From the NCBI GenBank assembly GCA_964016885.1, contig OZ024755.1, positions 29,884,001-29,948,000 of the forward strand: a stretch of DNA of 64,000 nucleotides, in the 5' to 3' direction. This DNA is from Eledone cirrhosa. Taxonomy: Eukaryota. Positions 62,900 through 64,000 of this stretch are shown piece by piece. The notes beneath the pieces were generated by a model. That model searched no databases, was not told the origin of the DNA, and saw nothing but the letters and a program-made list of their open reading frames with translations. Numbering within the stretch: position 1 is the first letter of the stretch; the number at the start of each line of letters is the position of its first letter. Made by a program: the position numbers and the translations under genes.

Positions 62900-62937
62900 C
62901 CTTTTGAAAAGCAGAAGAACTGCGAAACCGGTAAAGG
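62900..62937 (+). ncRNA. Hammerhead motif with a U3-A8 compensatory core (family F)
   Basis: cctt-TTGAAAA-gcag(aagaa)ctgc-GAAA-ccgg-TA-aagg; perfect stems I and II and a palindromic stem III. Confidence 0.75.
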
Positions 62938-63009
62938 AACCAAATAAATTTATATATTTTTAAAAAAAATAAGACTTCAGTTGCATTTTCGATTTCATCC
63001 CTTTTTCTT

Positions 63010-63120
<111 letters not shown>

Positions 63121-64000
63121 AAGGATACTATTTATGGTTATGTATATACTAAAACCTTTTATAGTTATATATATTTTAAACCCTAAACAGTGAAAGACAG
63201 TAATTTATTACTACCTTATTGCCAGTAAGATAAATAGCTCAACGTAATAACATCAGTTGTTCTACAGAGCAGTTATATAGAAATCATTTATTCGCTTACA
63301 ATTGTAAGCGAATAAATGATTTGAACAGAACTTTGATTCATGTAATTTCTATATATATATATATATGTATATCGCTCCCGATTCAGCCATCCGCATTACT
63401 AAGAGGGAGACCCCACGTGTACATTCTGTATGTGTGTTTATAGAAGTAGATAGGTTTGTCAATCACCCGTCGCGACTCCCGTCCATGTATATTGACCAGG
63501 GGAAGAATTTAATCCCATGCTTTTTTGTTTGTTTGTTTAGGGAGTGTTTTCCTGTTCCTCTTTTCTCCTTTCTCTCCTTGGCTATGGTAGGCTTTGATCT
63601 CTTGGTAATCTGACGGCTGATCGGTGGTTATTTTGAGTGTATCGGGTTAGCAGTTTTCTTCTTGCTACATCTCAGCTGGTAACAAGAAGCCGAACGATTT
63701 GGTAGCGCTTTGGGAGGCTACTCTGGTCAACTGTCACACAATTTCGGAGTAATTGTAGTGCCATGCTGGTCGTGGATAGGTGTACCTGTAGCGAAACCTG
63801 TCCACACCTCGAACCCTGGGTGGCACCTAAAGATCAAATTCTAGGTCACCACCCTTTTGGCGTTAACAAGTTGATGCGTGGGCGATCCCTCGAGGCAGGG
63901 GACAGGAAGCTGGGGATATAAATAGCCGGTGGAAGAGTGAGAGAATTCAATCACGACGATGACTACTACCACTAGCTACAACCACCAACAAACATTATCT

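Noticed and set aside
63760-63920. GC-rich structured stretch as an HDV-like ribozyme or LINE 5' UTR on the minus strand
   Set aside because: Only a P4-like hairpin is evident; P1, P2 and P1.1 could not be assigned by eye.

Overview
Gene-free, extremely repeat-rich animal genomic DNA, most likely octopus/cephalopod judging from the SINE families and (TA)n/(CA)n load (inference). No host protein-coding gene can be supported; almost all long ORFs in the track are microsatellite translations. The window holds about 20 copies of a ~180-bp tRNA-derived SINE, decayed L1/Tx1, CRE-type, RTE and Gypsy fragments, a young CR1/L2-group LINE (41.9-45.5 kb), a 15-copy ~530-bp satellite with a 2144-bp higher-order repeat, a 93-bp minisatellite derived from an RTE ORF, and about 15 kb of degenerate (TA)n/TACA/TAGA array. 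The main hidden signal is roughly 20 hammerhead-ribozyme (HHR) motifs (CUGAnGA..GAAA..UH with pairable stems) on both strands. They belong to several distinct families of short non-coding elements that abut microsatellites and are often folded back into sense/antisense palindromes. This looks like a non-autonomous Penelope-like/retrozyme-type retroelement system. One family carries a compensatory U3-A8 core variant in both of its copies. All alignments and folds were done by eye.
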